Below, in pieces: positions 28,747 through 39,415 of a stretch of DNA of 64,000 bases. The stretch covers positions 1-64,000 of the forward strand of contig NIVC01002396.1 of the NCBI GenBank assembly GCA_002269645.1, given 5' to 3'. A program made the translations under genes and the position numbers. The notes below the pieces were generated by a model. That model had not been told where the DNA came from. It saw only the letters and a program-made list of their open reading frames with translations, and made no database searches. This DNA comes from Macrostomum lignano. Lineage: Eukaryota. How positions within the stretch are numbered: the first letter of the stretch is position 1; every line of letters begins with the position of its first letter.

Positions 28747-30574
28747 AACATTGACATTGACATTTGCTTAGATCAGTAGATCACTAAGTATATAATAAAT
28801 ATATAGGCCTAATAATAATAATATTATTCATTACAAAATTAATCATTAAATATGACAATTAGACAGTAATAAAATGTTGCTAGGGGCCTAAATTTGATTT
28901 TGACCATGGAGTTGTAGAGAATCAGTTGAGTCTGGCTAATATATAAAATAATTCATTAAAAATTACTAGGTTAGGAAATCCGCGAGGGGCATATAGCTAA
29001 GTATAGACCATAGTTTTTTATTAAAAAATAAGAATAAATGAACGGTGATTGATAAAAGAAAAAAATTAACTAATATATATATATGATAATTCGTATGACT
29101 TGATTTCTATGGCACGCATTTTTAAAGAACGAAAAATGACGTGTTTGTTTCGCAGAAAGCAGTCTTCAAATTTCCGTTTCGTGAGGAAAATTTTCAAACC
29201 TTTATTTTTTGTAAATTATAACATTTCGTGCCTGTACTAGACAACTAGTATAAATCAGAAACTTATAATTGACGGATATTAGAATCCTATAGGTATGGTT
29301 ATACATTAAAATTATGTTTTTGTTTGGAGCAGTAAAAATAAGAGACTATCACAATTTATACACGCAAATTTTGCAGTAATCATCAGCAGAAAACTGACTT
29401 TAAACTGATTAAAAATTATAGGGCATTACATGCACATAAAATTTCAAACCAATTGAGTTTTCAATCCGCATGGGAAAATTATTTAATAAAGCAAAAAACA
29501 AGTCAGCCGTAACAATGCACAAAATGCAGAACATGAGCAGCTCTCTGATCTTGGATTCTATAGTTTTAGAAGGCCTTACCTTTCCTACATTTAGATGTAT
29601 AGTTTTACGTGTACATCGCATTACCTGCTACGCTTTCATATGTTATATTATAGAGATATATGATGTGTAAAAGCATGGTGCAACAAAATGAAATAAGAAT
29701 GGCGTTTACATGAGCAACAGCGCTTGTTTCTTTTGGTAAAATGGTGTAATATCGATTCGCTAGTTCATGCATCTAAGGTGCTACTTTTAGTAGGAAGTGA
29801 AAGTATTTTTTAATTAAAGTTTTACTCAATTGCTGCAACTATGCAGAAGCTGCTGTAGTAGAACATGATTAGAGAATACCCAGAATTGCTTTTGTTTATT
29901 GTGCAATCGTATCTTGAAAAGATTCAGAAATCGAACGGTAGAATAAAATTAGCGTACAGTGAACCCCATTCTATGGGATTCCGGATTAGATCACCCCCAT
30001 GTTTACTCATAGTTATTTTTTTAAACTACTTTTTTAGTCGAAAACTCCATTACTGCGTGGCTGTGTTATAACAACAGATCTGATATATTCTGCGGTTTTA
30101 CAAGTCCCGGCCAGCTATTCCGTGCAGCACTGCATGATCTCGTGCAATGTTTTATTCTACCCTACTCTCCTTGCATGGATAAATCATGGATGAAGCATCC
30201 ATGATGCCATGTATGGATCATACCTGAACATGTATGGAGCCATACCTGATCATACATGGTTCCACGTAAACTTCATCCATGGTTACTTTCCATCCATGTA
30301 CATTGATGTATGATTTTAAATATAATTTTCCTTACTACACTACTGTTAGTAGAACGCAATGTTTGCGTAGGTTCATTTTAAAGCTGAAATTTTCTAAACA
30401 AATTCGGCAGCATCTTTAGTGCTGCTGAGAAATATGTTTCCATTCCCTTATAAATCACTTTCAAAACAAAAAAGTATCAGAACAAATACTTATGCAATTA
30501 AATGTAGAAGTAATTGAAAACTCGTATGATGACCATTTCGAGACTTATATTATTAATGATAATTAGGCATAATT

Positions 30575-31123
30575 CATTTCAAAGTACTGTAAGAAAAAAT
30601 AAGACAGCTCAGTCTCAGAGAGCTTTAAAATACAGAATGGACAGAATTTGACGCATTTCAAGGTACTGTAAGAAAAAATAAGACAGCTCAGAGAGCTTTA
30701 AAATACAGAATAGACAGAATTTGACGCATTTCAAGGTACTGTAAGAAAAAATAAAACAGCTCAGAGAGCTTTAAAATACAGAATAGACAGAATTTGACGC
30801 ATTTCAAGGTACTGTAAGAAAAAATAAAACAGCTCAGAGAGCTTTAAAATACAGAATAGACAGAATTTGACGCATTTCAAGGTACTGTAAGAAAAAATAA
30901 AACAGCTCAGAGAGCTTTAAAATACAGAATAGACAGAATTTGACGCATTTCAAGGTACTGTAAGAAAAATAAAACAGCTCAGAGAGCTTTAAGATACAGA
31001 ATAGACAGAATTTGACGCATTTCAAGGTACTGTAAGAAAAAATAAAACAGCTCAGAGAGCTTTAAGATACAGAATAGACAGAATTTGACGCATTTCAAGG
31101 TACTGTAAGAAAAAATAAAACAG
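30575..31123. repeat. 73-bp tandem array inside the EnSpm-like element
   Basis: About 7.5 copies of AGGTACTGTAAGAAAAAATAAAACAGCTCAGAGAGCTTTAAAATACAGAATAGACAGAATTTGACGCATTTCA. Confidence 0.92.
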
Positions 31124-31452
31124 TAAATTTTACTGAACAGTCAATAAATAGAATTAGCCGAATTCGGTACGCATTAAGGGCAAGGGCCGACTAATCCTTT
31201 ACGAAACGAAGTTAATGCTGCATTAGTCAATTATTTGCGCACAGAAACTTGGAGATTTTGAATATGGAGAGATCGGACAAAGAGAGGTAACGGTGGGAGT
31301 CTGAGAGGGAGGAAGTTGGGCATCTGGAAAGTTATTCTGATTCCCTGATGGTTTTATCTTGGTCATGGAGCATAATTTTATTTTCTGCCAGACTTTGCAG
31401 CATTAATAATAAAATAATCGGATCTAAGGTACGGACACATACTCGTACCTTT

Positions 31453-33753
31453 TTAATCATGTTCAAACTCTTTGAACAATGGCACAGCGCAATAACAGTC
31501 TTTGCTGAACGATTCTACTGGAACAGCGATGCAGGGTCGATCGACCTCTGAAAAATTAACTATACGTTCGCGTCTGGCCGATCTGGGCGCATTAGACAGG
31601 GATATCAATACAAAATTGAATGTCGAAGACTTTTTGAACATGGATTCCAGCAATGCTTTCCAATTAAGTAAATCGATGGGGAAAGTTGCTGCTGGTACTC
31701 GTAAAACAAAATCAAACAGCGAACCAATGGGATCCAAAATTTGCACTCGAATAGTATTAGGCTCGAGGAACTCTGCAATAGTGCAGATTTCGCCGGACTT
31801 CAATTGGCAAAGATGGTTAGAATTTTTCGACGCACAAGCTGAGCTTGTCGAGAAAAAATGTCCATTAAAATAAGCAAGTGAGTTTCGAAGAATACCATGT
31901 GGCCTGGATGGCTCTAAAGATATAGAGTTAACTGCATCCACTACAATAGAGTCCTTAACACAAGAAAAGTAGTGATGTAGCAACTTTTGAAACAAAAACT
32001 TGCGAACAAGCTGTGGGCCAAATGACACAGTTCCGCATAAGAACTTTTTGAACATGCCAATGGAGCTCTCAAATGCGAACATAGAATAATTAAATACAGG
32101 TCCGTACAATTCGTACTGTTCAGCCATATGCAAAAGCAGGTGGAAATTAAGGCGGAGTACTTTCGGTCCGAATATTTGCTGAGCATTGGAGATAAAAGCT
32201 TTGCATAGCTTTTCGATATCAGTCTTATTTGATTGGGGGCTATACAACATGTGATAAATAAGAACTAAATTAGTTAACAGCAGTTTCAATGGAAAATGCG
32301 AAATTCTCTGCAAAAACGTAGGAAGAAGAAAGTATAGCGCAAAGTTTTTAAAATGCTTTGCTTTCCAATCTGAAAAGCCTTTAAAATTTGTGTTGATTGT
32401 GATGCTAGAAGGAGTTATAGATTGACGAATACAATTAGATATGAAATCCATGCAATTAGCTGAGCAAAAATACAACTCGCGCCTGTTTGCAGGTAATGAC
32501 AGCTCTTCTAGTAGATACTTGGTGTGGCCTTCGAAAAAGCAGTGTAAACTGTCAATAGGATTGCAGCTGGGAAACGGAACATAGTCTAACAAGCAACTGC
32601 GCATCTTTACGCCAAAAACAGGCCGATTTCGAATTTGTGCGAGCCGACAGTGTTCAAGATGGGAAGATGGGTTTCTCAAAGGAAACAAGTAGCCTTCACC
32701 ATAGCGGAAGATCCAGTTTTTACCTTTCTCGGATACTTTAAAGCTCTCACCTGGGTGCAAGCACCTAGGACAGCTAAACGCACCATTGTACTGGTGAATG
32801 CAGAAGAGCTTAGCAAGAGCGGGCAAGTCACAAACAAAGAGTGTGTAATGGACATGAACGGTGTATTCCGAGAATATAAACTGTTTTGGCAAATTGTTCA
32901 TAATTTCAGACAGAAAAGACTGGAAATGCGGGACTGCCTTCGATGAAACAAGAGCAATTAGAATTAAATTTGCAAAGCGTTGACGGATGTAAACAGGAAG
33001 GTTTAGAAGTTGAGCCTGAAATGGCCAAAAGCTACTCTGAACAGATTCAAAAAAATTGGCGCCATCAGCTGAGATTAGAAGATGCAAGTGAAGCGACTTG
33101 CCAGAAGATAGGCTTAAGCCTTGTTCTTTAACTATTTTGGAATTCAAAACGTCTGTGTTTTTATCCTTTTGCAATTCTTGCTCATACTGCAGAATAGTTG
33201 AAGTGTGGCTGCTTAAGATAGTCCGCAGCTGTGGAACAATATTGAGCTGTGTCACAGCAACCTTTGACTTTGGGGAATGAACCTGACACTGGCTTTTGCA
33301 TTCTGGGCAAAAGCCAAATTCAGACACGTCACTATCATCAAGAGGGCAAGTATCTTGAATCAATGATTTGAGCAACTTGACGCTATTTGGAAGAGCTAGA
33401 GAATCTCTACTAAAAATAGAAAGTAGCTTCAGGAGTCTATCAAGAGCAGCCTCTGAAACTCCGGAAGTAATTGCCCACTGAAAAATCAGAGCCGCCTGCA
33501 CACTGGGATCTGAGATGGAAGCCAAATTCGCTAAGCTATCTGAACTCTCCTCAAGCACAGGCACAGCATTGTTTTCACCAATAAAAGTTTCCACAGCGTC
33601 AGGACAGCTGTGCGAGTGCGTTACACCGGCTTCGCTTGAAATTGAACTCCTATTACTTGTAGAAAAACTATTTGAGGGAGAAGAAATCGCCTGACAAGAG
33701 TAGGCTGAGTAATTAGTAGAAAGAGAGTGCTCAGATTCTGATTTACTAGACAT
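31453..33753 (-). CDS. EnSpm/CACTA-family (Tnp2-like) transposase, intact 766 aa
   Basis: LLISADGANFF (D1), FVCDLPALAK (D2), QYNGAFSCPRC, PIDSLHCFFEG (DxxH), LRLNFHLLLHM, SMFAFES (E). Single uninterrupted ORF. Confidence 0.9.
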   Translation of the reverse strand: MSSKSESEHSLSTNYSAYSCQAISSPSNSFSTSNRSSISSEAGVTHSHSCPDAVETFIGENNAVPVLEESSDSLANLASISDPSVQAALIFQWAITSGVSEAALDRLLKLLSIFSRDSLALPNSVKLLKSLIQDTCPLDDSDVSEFGFCPECKSQCQVHSPKSKVAVTQLNIVPQLRTILSSHTSTILQYEQELQKDKNTDVLNSKIVKEQGLSLSSGKSLHLHLLISADGANFFESVQSSFWPFQAQLLNLPVYIRQRFANLILIALVSSKAVPHFQSFLSEIMNNLPKQFIFSEYTVHVHYTLFVCDLPALAKLFCIHQYNGAFSCPRCLHPGESFKVSEKGKNWIFRYGEGYLFPLRNPSSHLEHCRLAQIRNRPVFGVKMRSCLLDYVPFPSCNPIDSLHCFFEGHTKYLLEELSLPANRRELYFCSANCMDFISNCIRQSITPSSITINTNFKGFSDWKAKHFKNFALYFLLPTFLQRISHFPLKLLLTNLVLIYHMLYSPQSNKTDIEKLCKAFISNAQQIFGPKVLRLNFHLLLHMAEQYELYGPVFNYSMFAFESSIGMFKKFLCGTVSFGPQLVRKFLFQKLLHHYFSCVKDSIVVDAVNSISLEPSRPHGILRNSLAYFNGHFFSTSSACASKNSNHLCQLKSGEICTIAEFLEPNTIRVQILDPIGSLFDFVLRVPAATFPIDLLNWKALLESMFKKSSTFNFVLISLSNAPRSARRERIVNFSEVDRPCIAVPVESFSKDCYCAVPLFKEFEHD

Positions 33754-33802
33754 AAAAATAGCAATTCAAATATTCAAAAGTTACTAGAATTTTTTCCGCA
33801 AT

Positions 33803-35753
33803 TCACGGTCCCATTCGCCTTGAGCGGGAAATGGAATCCCCTGACTCGGGTCCAGAAGCAGCAGTTGAAGTTCGCTTTCTCGCCCGTGTCTCCTCCCTGG
33901 CCAGCTGATTGAGATGGTCTCGTACAGACTTCCAGATTTCGTGGAAGTCGTAGCCAGATGTTCGATAGCACAATTGAAGCAAACCTGAAAATTCACGAGT
34001 ATAGTAAAATATTTTTACAATAGACATTGTGTACTGTGTTTATAGTAGAAATAGGCTAAATTTAAAAGGAAGTTGATTTATGATGCTAATCATTAAATAG
34101 GTCAATGGGATGTATTGAACTTTAGAACTATTTTTCCTCAATTTCTTTTATCTCAGACCTAAATGTGTTTTTTTAGAAAATATCCCAAGTATTGGATTCA
34201 GATCATTTAGCATTAATTAGCCTAAATTGCTTTATAATAAAAAAATTGCACAAAACTGTGAAAAAATTATATATATATATTTACGTTGAAACTCTGTCAC
34301 ATGCTCAGATGGAGCAGGCCTTCGGGAACTGCGAGCACCACAGGATGAATCGATTATATGCTCAAGCAAGTAGCCTTCGCCAAATCGCAGCTTGATATAC
34401 CTTCGGAGGAACACCTTAGGATCGTTGCAAAGAATTGAAGACAGCTCAGCTAGGGAACCATCAATGCACCTAAATTCCTAAAAAATGTTATTATATAGTA
34501 GAACTTTTATACTACAGACGTGATGCTGCTGATGCTAAGAAAAAACTGACATACCTCATTTTGGTATTCTTTAATTGTTAGCATTCCACCAAAGTTGTCA
34601 TCCTTTTTTAAAAGTCGGCATATCCTTGCAGCAAGACGCTTCTCAAGAGAAAGCAACTCGGATTGAATGAACAGTTTTAGATCTAGAGTAAGATATATGC
34701 TCATATATAAAAATATGGTGATTTTGATTTTTAATAATGTGATTGTATCATATTAAAAAAATAAAATTATACCTTTCATTGTTGCATCCGATTCACTGTT
34801 TACTATCTGTACCCCTCGGAGGGGTTGCACTTCTTGAATTGCACCTAGTGATAAAAAAGGCTTATTGCTACAAAAATATTGACTCATTTGGTATTTGGTT
34901 TTCAATTAGGTGTAATAGAATATACAAACTTGATTCCAAGAGGCCTGTGGCACGAGCTTGCTCATTTTCAACCAAAGATGCCTCTCTCTCAAATGCAGAA
35001 ATGGCTTTTTCTAAAAAATAATAATTAATCAAATAATACAACAAAAAAAACAAATTGCAAACAATTAATAGTTCATATATATTGCAGTTTTACCCATTGA
35101 TTGAGTAGCTGGTATCGCCAAATTTGGTTCGCCACTTTCACTATCCACTTCATAAAGCTCGTCAAGTAGTCCATGCTGATGACAACTAGAACTTGAAGCA
35201 ACCTGCTTTGAACTAGATGACCTTATTGTCCTTACATTTGCAATGCCAGCTTGGGGATCTTTCATTGCAAAAAGCTCAATAGCTTGGCTAATCAATGAAT
35301 CAGTATTTTCAGCCTCACTAACCAAGTTGGAAAGTTGGTTCATAGTTGAAGCCATTTGCCTTTCACTACCTTTTGCCACAAGTGTAGCAGAAAATAGTTT
35401 GCCATACATGCGTAAAAAGACTTTAGTCCCCTAAAATATAATTTAATAAAGTAATATTACATTTGTAGTTGGAATAATTTGTTTTAGAAACCATGTACTC
35501 AATAACAAAATATTATGCATATAAATCCAACTTAAAATCTTACTTGTGCAAGTTCCAACTTTTCATCATTAGTTATTGTACTTGGCCAATAGGGAGACCC
35601 AAATGCAATGGTCACATATTGCTCATCATGGCCAACATTGTGAAGAATAAAGCAGAAAAACAATGCTGAATTGTCATTTCCAAATTTAGAAGTACTTTTT
35701 GTCTGCTTTCGAAGAGGCCTAGAATTAGATGCACTTAATCCAATATCATCCAT
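33803..35753 (-). CDS. Seven-exon accessory gene of the EnSpm-like element; about 400 aa with a C-terminal BEN-like domain
   Basis: Exons 35753-35544, 35430-35094, 35010-34930, 34844-34773, 34682-34555, 34477-34285 and 33984-33803, all GT-AG, phases 0,1,1,1,0,1, total 1203 nt with no internal stop. The C-terminus FLRRYIKLRFGEGYLLEH...RRPAP...LLQLCY...EIWKSVRDHLNQLAREETRARKR follows the BEN helix pattern. Confidence 0.72.
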
Positions 35754-37189
35754 AACAATTTGTTCTGAAAAAGTTTCACAAGGAGATAAGGTTTGAAGAA
35801 TCAATCAAGAGGCCAATGACAAACCAATTAGAATTGTATATAAAAAAAATTTAATGTAGGGACCCTAGGCCCCTATGATTTTAAATAAAAATTATAATAT
35901 AAGGCCTAGGCCCTATATATAGGCCTATAATTATAAAGTTGTGCCATTGTGGATTTTCTGATACAAAGTAGACAATATTAGGCCTAATTGGGCCTAGTCT
36001 AGTCTAGTTTTGATTATAGACTGTATATTAGATACAAAGGACATGAAAGGTCTCGAAATTAAGTACCAATTACCATAATATACTATTATTTTTTATTATT
36101 TTGAAACTGTCAGCCTACCATGTGATTTTTATCATTAGGCTATGGCCTAGGTCTAGGATGCCACTTTAGACTAGGCCTTTGGCTTTGGTTAGGCCAACCT
36201 ATCATTATAAAAATGCAGCAAAATATCATTCAAAAATATACATCTAACCCCTATAGGTTATCTTTGCATCCCAAATATAATATATAATAGGGTTTCTATT
36301 TTCTAATATATCTACAAATACAATTTTCACTGAAGGAGTGAAGATCAAAATTAGCATGTCAAAAAACCTTACAAGCCACCGAATTTTAAAACTAGCTACC
36401 AAAAGTGGAACTGGAAGTATATAGCTAAGAAAAAACATAAACATAAACATAGCACATAGTGACACATAATGAAATGATGACAACATGCAAGAGTGACAGA
36501 GTCCTCTTAGAAAGGAAAAATAGGCCTAGTAATTTATGTTTATGGGAAGTTAAGTCCGTAATTAACTAAACCGAAACAAAATGGCCAACAAAATTGCTGG
36601 TAATATATTCAAAGCAATTTGTAGGTGAAGATTTTAACAAATTTATTAAACTATTTTTTGTATTTACAATTTCGCTTTTATTAAATATATTTAAAACTTT
36701 ATTAGATATACATAAAATAGCCTGAAATTTTTTATAAGCTTAGTTATTTATTTTCCCGTATGAACTCCCTGACATGGATGATTTTACCATGGAAAGTTTT
36801 AAAAATCCATGCATGAAAATACCATGAACATGCATGATTTATCAATGGATCATGGATCATAGATGATTTATCCATGATAAGAGAGTAGGGTAATTGCGTT
36901 TTACAATGAATCTGACGTGCAATTTTATCCGTGATTAAATGATCATGACATTCGTAGCCAAGACATTTACGCACTCAAAACTAAATTGATTAATAAGCGA
37001 TGCGATCCAGATATGTTTTTGCAGGTGGTATGACATTTTTATAGTTGCTACGGTATATTAGATACAAGCATCTCTGATTGTTTACTCATTGTTCTGCCCT
37101 GAGAGGCGTTTTTAAAACCAAAATTTTCACAAGTTTTAAGAAAATTTTACCACTTAAAAACTTCACAAATTTTGGGAGAGTGAAATTTT

Positions 37190-38180
37190 GGACTTTTGAA
37201 ATTTAAGGCTTGTGAAGTTTCGAGATCGTGAAGTTTCGGGATCGTGAAGTTTCGGGATTGTGAAGTTTCGGGATTGTGAAGTTTCGGGATGGTGAAGTTT
37301 CAGGATTGTGAAGTTTCGGACTTGTGAAGTTTCGGGATGGTGAAGTTTCGGGGTTTTGAAGTTACGGGCTTGTGAAGTTTCGAACTCGTAAAGTTTTGGG
37401 ATTGTGAAGTTTCGGGATTGTGACTTTCGGGATTGTGAAGTTTCGGGATCGTGAAGTTTCGGGATGGTGAAGTTTCGGGATTGTGAAGTTTCGGGATGGT
37501 GAAGTTTCGGGATTGTGAAGTTTCGGACTTGTGAAGTTTCGGGATGGTGAAGTTTCGGGGTTTTGAAGTTACGGGCTTGTGAAGTTTCGAACTTGTAAAG
37601 TTTTGGGATTGTGAAGTTTCGGGATTGTGACTTTCGGGATTGTGAAGTTTCGGGATCGTGAAGTTTCGGGATGGTGAAGTTTCGGGATTGTGAAGTTTCG
37701 GGATGGTGAAGTTTCGGTATTGTGAAGTTTCGGACTTGTGAAGTTTCGGGATGGTGAAGTTTCGGGATTTTGAAGTTACGGGCTTGTGAAGTTTCGAACT
37801 TGTAAAGTTTTGGGATTGTGAAGTTTCGGGATTGTGAAGTTTCGGGATGGTGAAGTTTCAGGATTGTGAAGTTTCAGGATTGTGAAGTTTCGGGATTGTG
37901 AAGTTTCGGCATTGTGAAGTTTCAGGATTGTGAAGTTTCGGACTTGTGAAGTTTCGGGATGGTGAAGTTTCGGACTTGTGAAGTTTCGGGATTTTGAAGT
38001 TACGGGCTTGTTAAGTTTCGAACTTGTAAAGTTTTGGGATCGTGAAGTTTCGGGATTGTGAAGTTTCGGGATTGTGAAGTTTCGGGATTGTGAAGTTTCA
38101 GGATTGTGAAGTTTCGGGATTGTGAAGTTTCAGGATTGTGAAGTTTCGGGATTGTGAAGTTTCGGGATGGTGAAATTTCA
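37190..38180. repeat. 16-bp satellite (GTGAAGTTTCGGGATT) with a higher-order repeat of about 207 bp
   Basis: The diagnostic variant block GG(G/A)TTTTGAAGTTACGG recurs at about 37351, 37558, 37765 and 37988. Confidence 0.9.
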
Positions 38181-39256
38181 GAACGGTGACAAATAGGTTT
38201 GTGAAATTTAGGGATTGCGCACGAGTCGCCCTGTCACTACAGAGCACAATAGCGACTGAAATTCAGTAACATTTTTTCGAATTAAAAATGAGAAGAAGTC
38301 ACTAAGGGCAATTTTTTGCGGGTGATATACTAATGCATGATAACGATATTGAGACTAACTATCGGCCTGCTGAGTTCAGTAGTGGTTAATAAGCATTGGA
38401 GAGAGTACCAGCTGCATGCATAGATTAGAGTATTAAGTGAGAGTTTTTAAACATGAGCTTATGCATGCGACCGAGCGTGATATGCGTGCCCGATTTTCCC
38501 AGGGCTGATAGCCGCAGTGGCTAAACTATACAAACCAGATCGGATAGTATGTTCCGAGGAGGGGGGGCACAGGGACTGCGCTAACCTTCAACTGACAGTA
38601 AAAGCAACGGCACAAGTTTCAGAAACAGAGAGTGAGAATCACCGCAGAAGCATAAGCAGCAGAAAAAGTAGTTATAATATATGGTTTTTGGTTACAGCTC
38701 CTGCGAGCCTACAGTGCTAAAGAATAATCTTCACGATATGCTCATGCAAAACTTACACACACAGGGGCGCCCATGCGCAGGCAGCCACTTGACTGGGAGG
38801 CCTGCATGATTGCAGTTAGAGGAGGGGCAGAGAGATTCATTGCGTTCCACTATTTTTTCTTGGTCTCGCCAATGCTAATGGCGCAAGTTTACGCTGCTGC
38901 TGCTGCTGCTGGTGCTCCAGCTATAGCCTCTCTTCCGTCTGCCTTCGCCCTCGTGCGCAACTCCCCCCACCCCCTCCCTCCCCACCCCGACTGCAGGCCC
39001 CTGATTACGCCAGAGTCGCGTATAGCGGGGTCTAAATAGCGTATTAAGTTTTTAAATAGACAGGACTCAGATAGACTAATTAGATATAATAATGCGTATA
39101 AAAATACACTGCGCAACAGGTTGTACGTGTTTGTATCCCGCCTGCGTGTTTTATTAAATATCCACCGTCGGAGCCCTGCTCAGCCCCTTCACCACTGTTG
39201 ACTGTTGGCTGCTTTATCCCGTTTAAATTTGTTTTCTTCGGCTTGTTGAACTGTAG

Positions 39257-39415
39257 GCACAGCAACACTGGGCGACAGAGGAGCAGGTGCAGCGGCGGCG
39301 GCAGCGGCGTCTGACGATGAGGTTGACGATGAGACGGCGCAAAACTGGACGACTCAGCAGTCACAACAGCAGCTACTGTTGCCAGAATGGCGAGAAGGAC
39401 CAGCCGCTACATCCG
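39257..39415 (+). CDS. Candidate isolated exon (poly-Ala, acidic, Q-rich), possibly an upstream exon of the ataxin-1-like gene
   Basis: Flanked by a pyrimidine tract plus TAG and by GTAAGT. 159 nt, open in phase 1-1 (TATLGDRGAGAAAAAAASDDEVDDETAQNWTTQQSQQQLLLPEWREGPAATS), phase-compatible with the acceptor before 56299. Confidence 0.4.

Larger units (their letters stand above)
30160..36890 (-). mobile_element. Full-length CMC/EnSpm(CACTA/Mirage)-like DNA transposon, 6731 bp
   Basis: 28-bp imperfect TIRs CCCTACTCTC....CATGGATAAATCAT at 30160 and, inverted, ending at 36890; TA on both sides (2-bp TSD); CATG-rich subterminal regions; encloses the transposase and an accessory gene. Confidence 0.88.
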
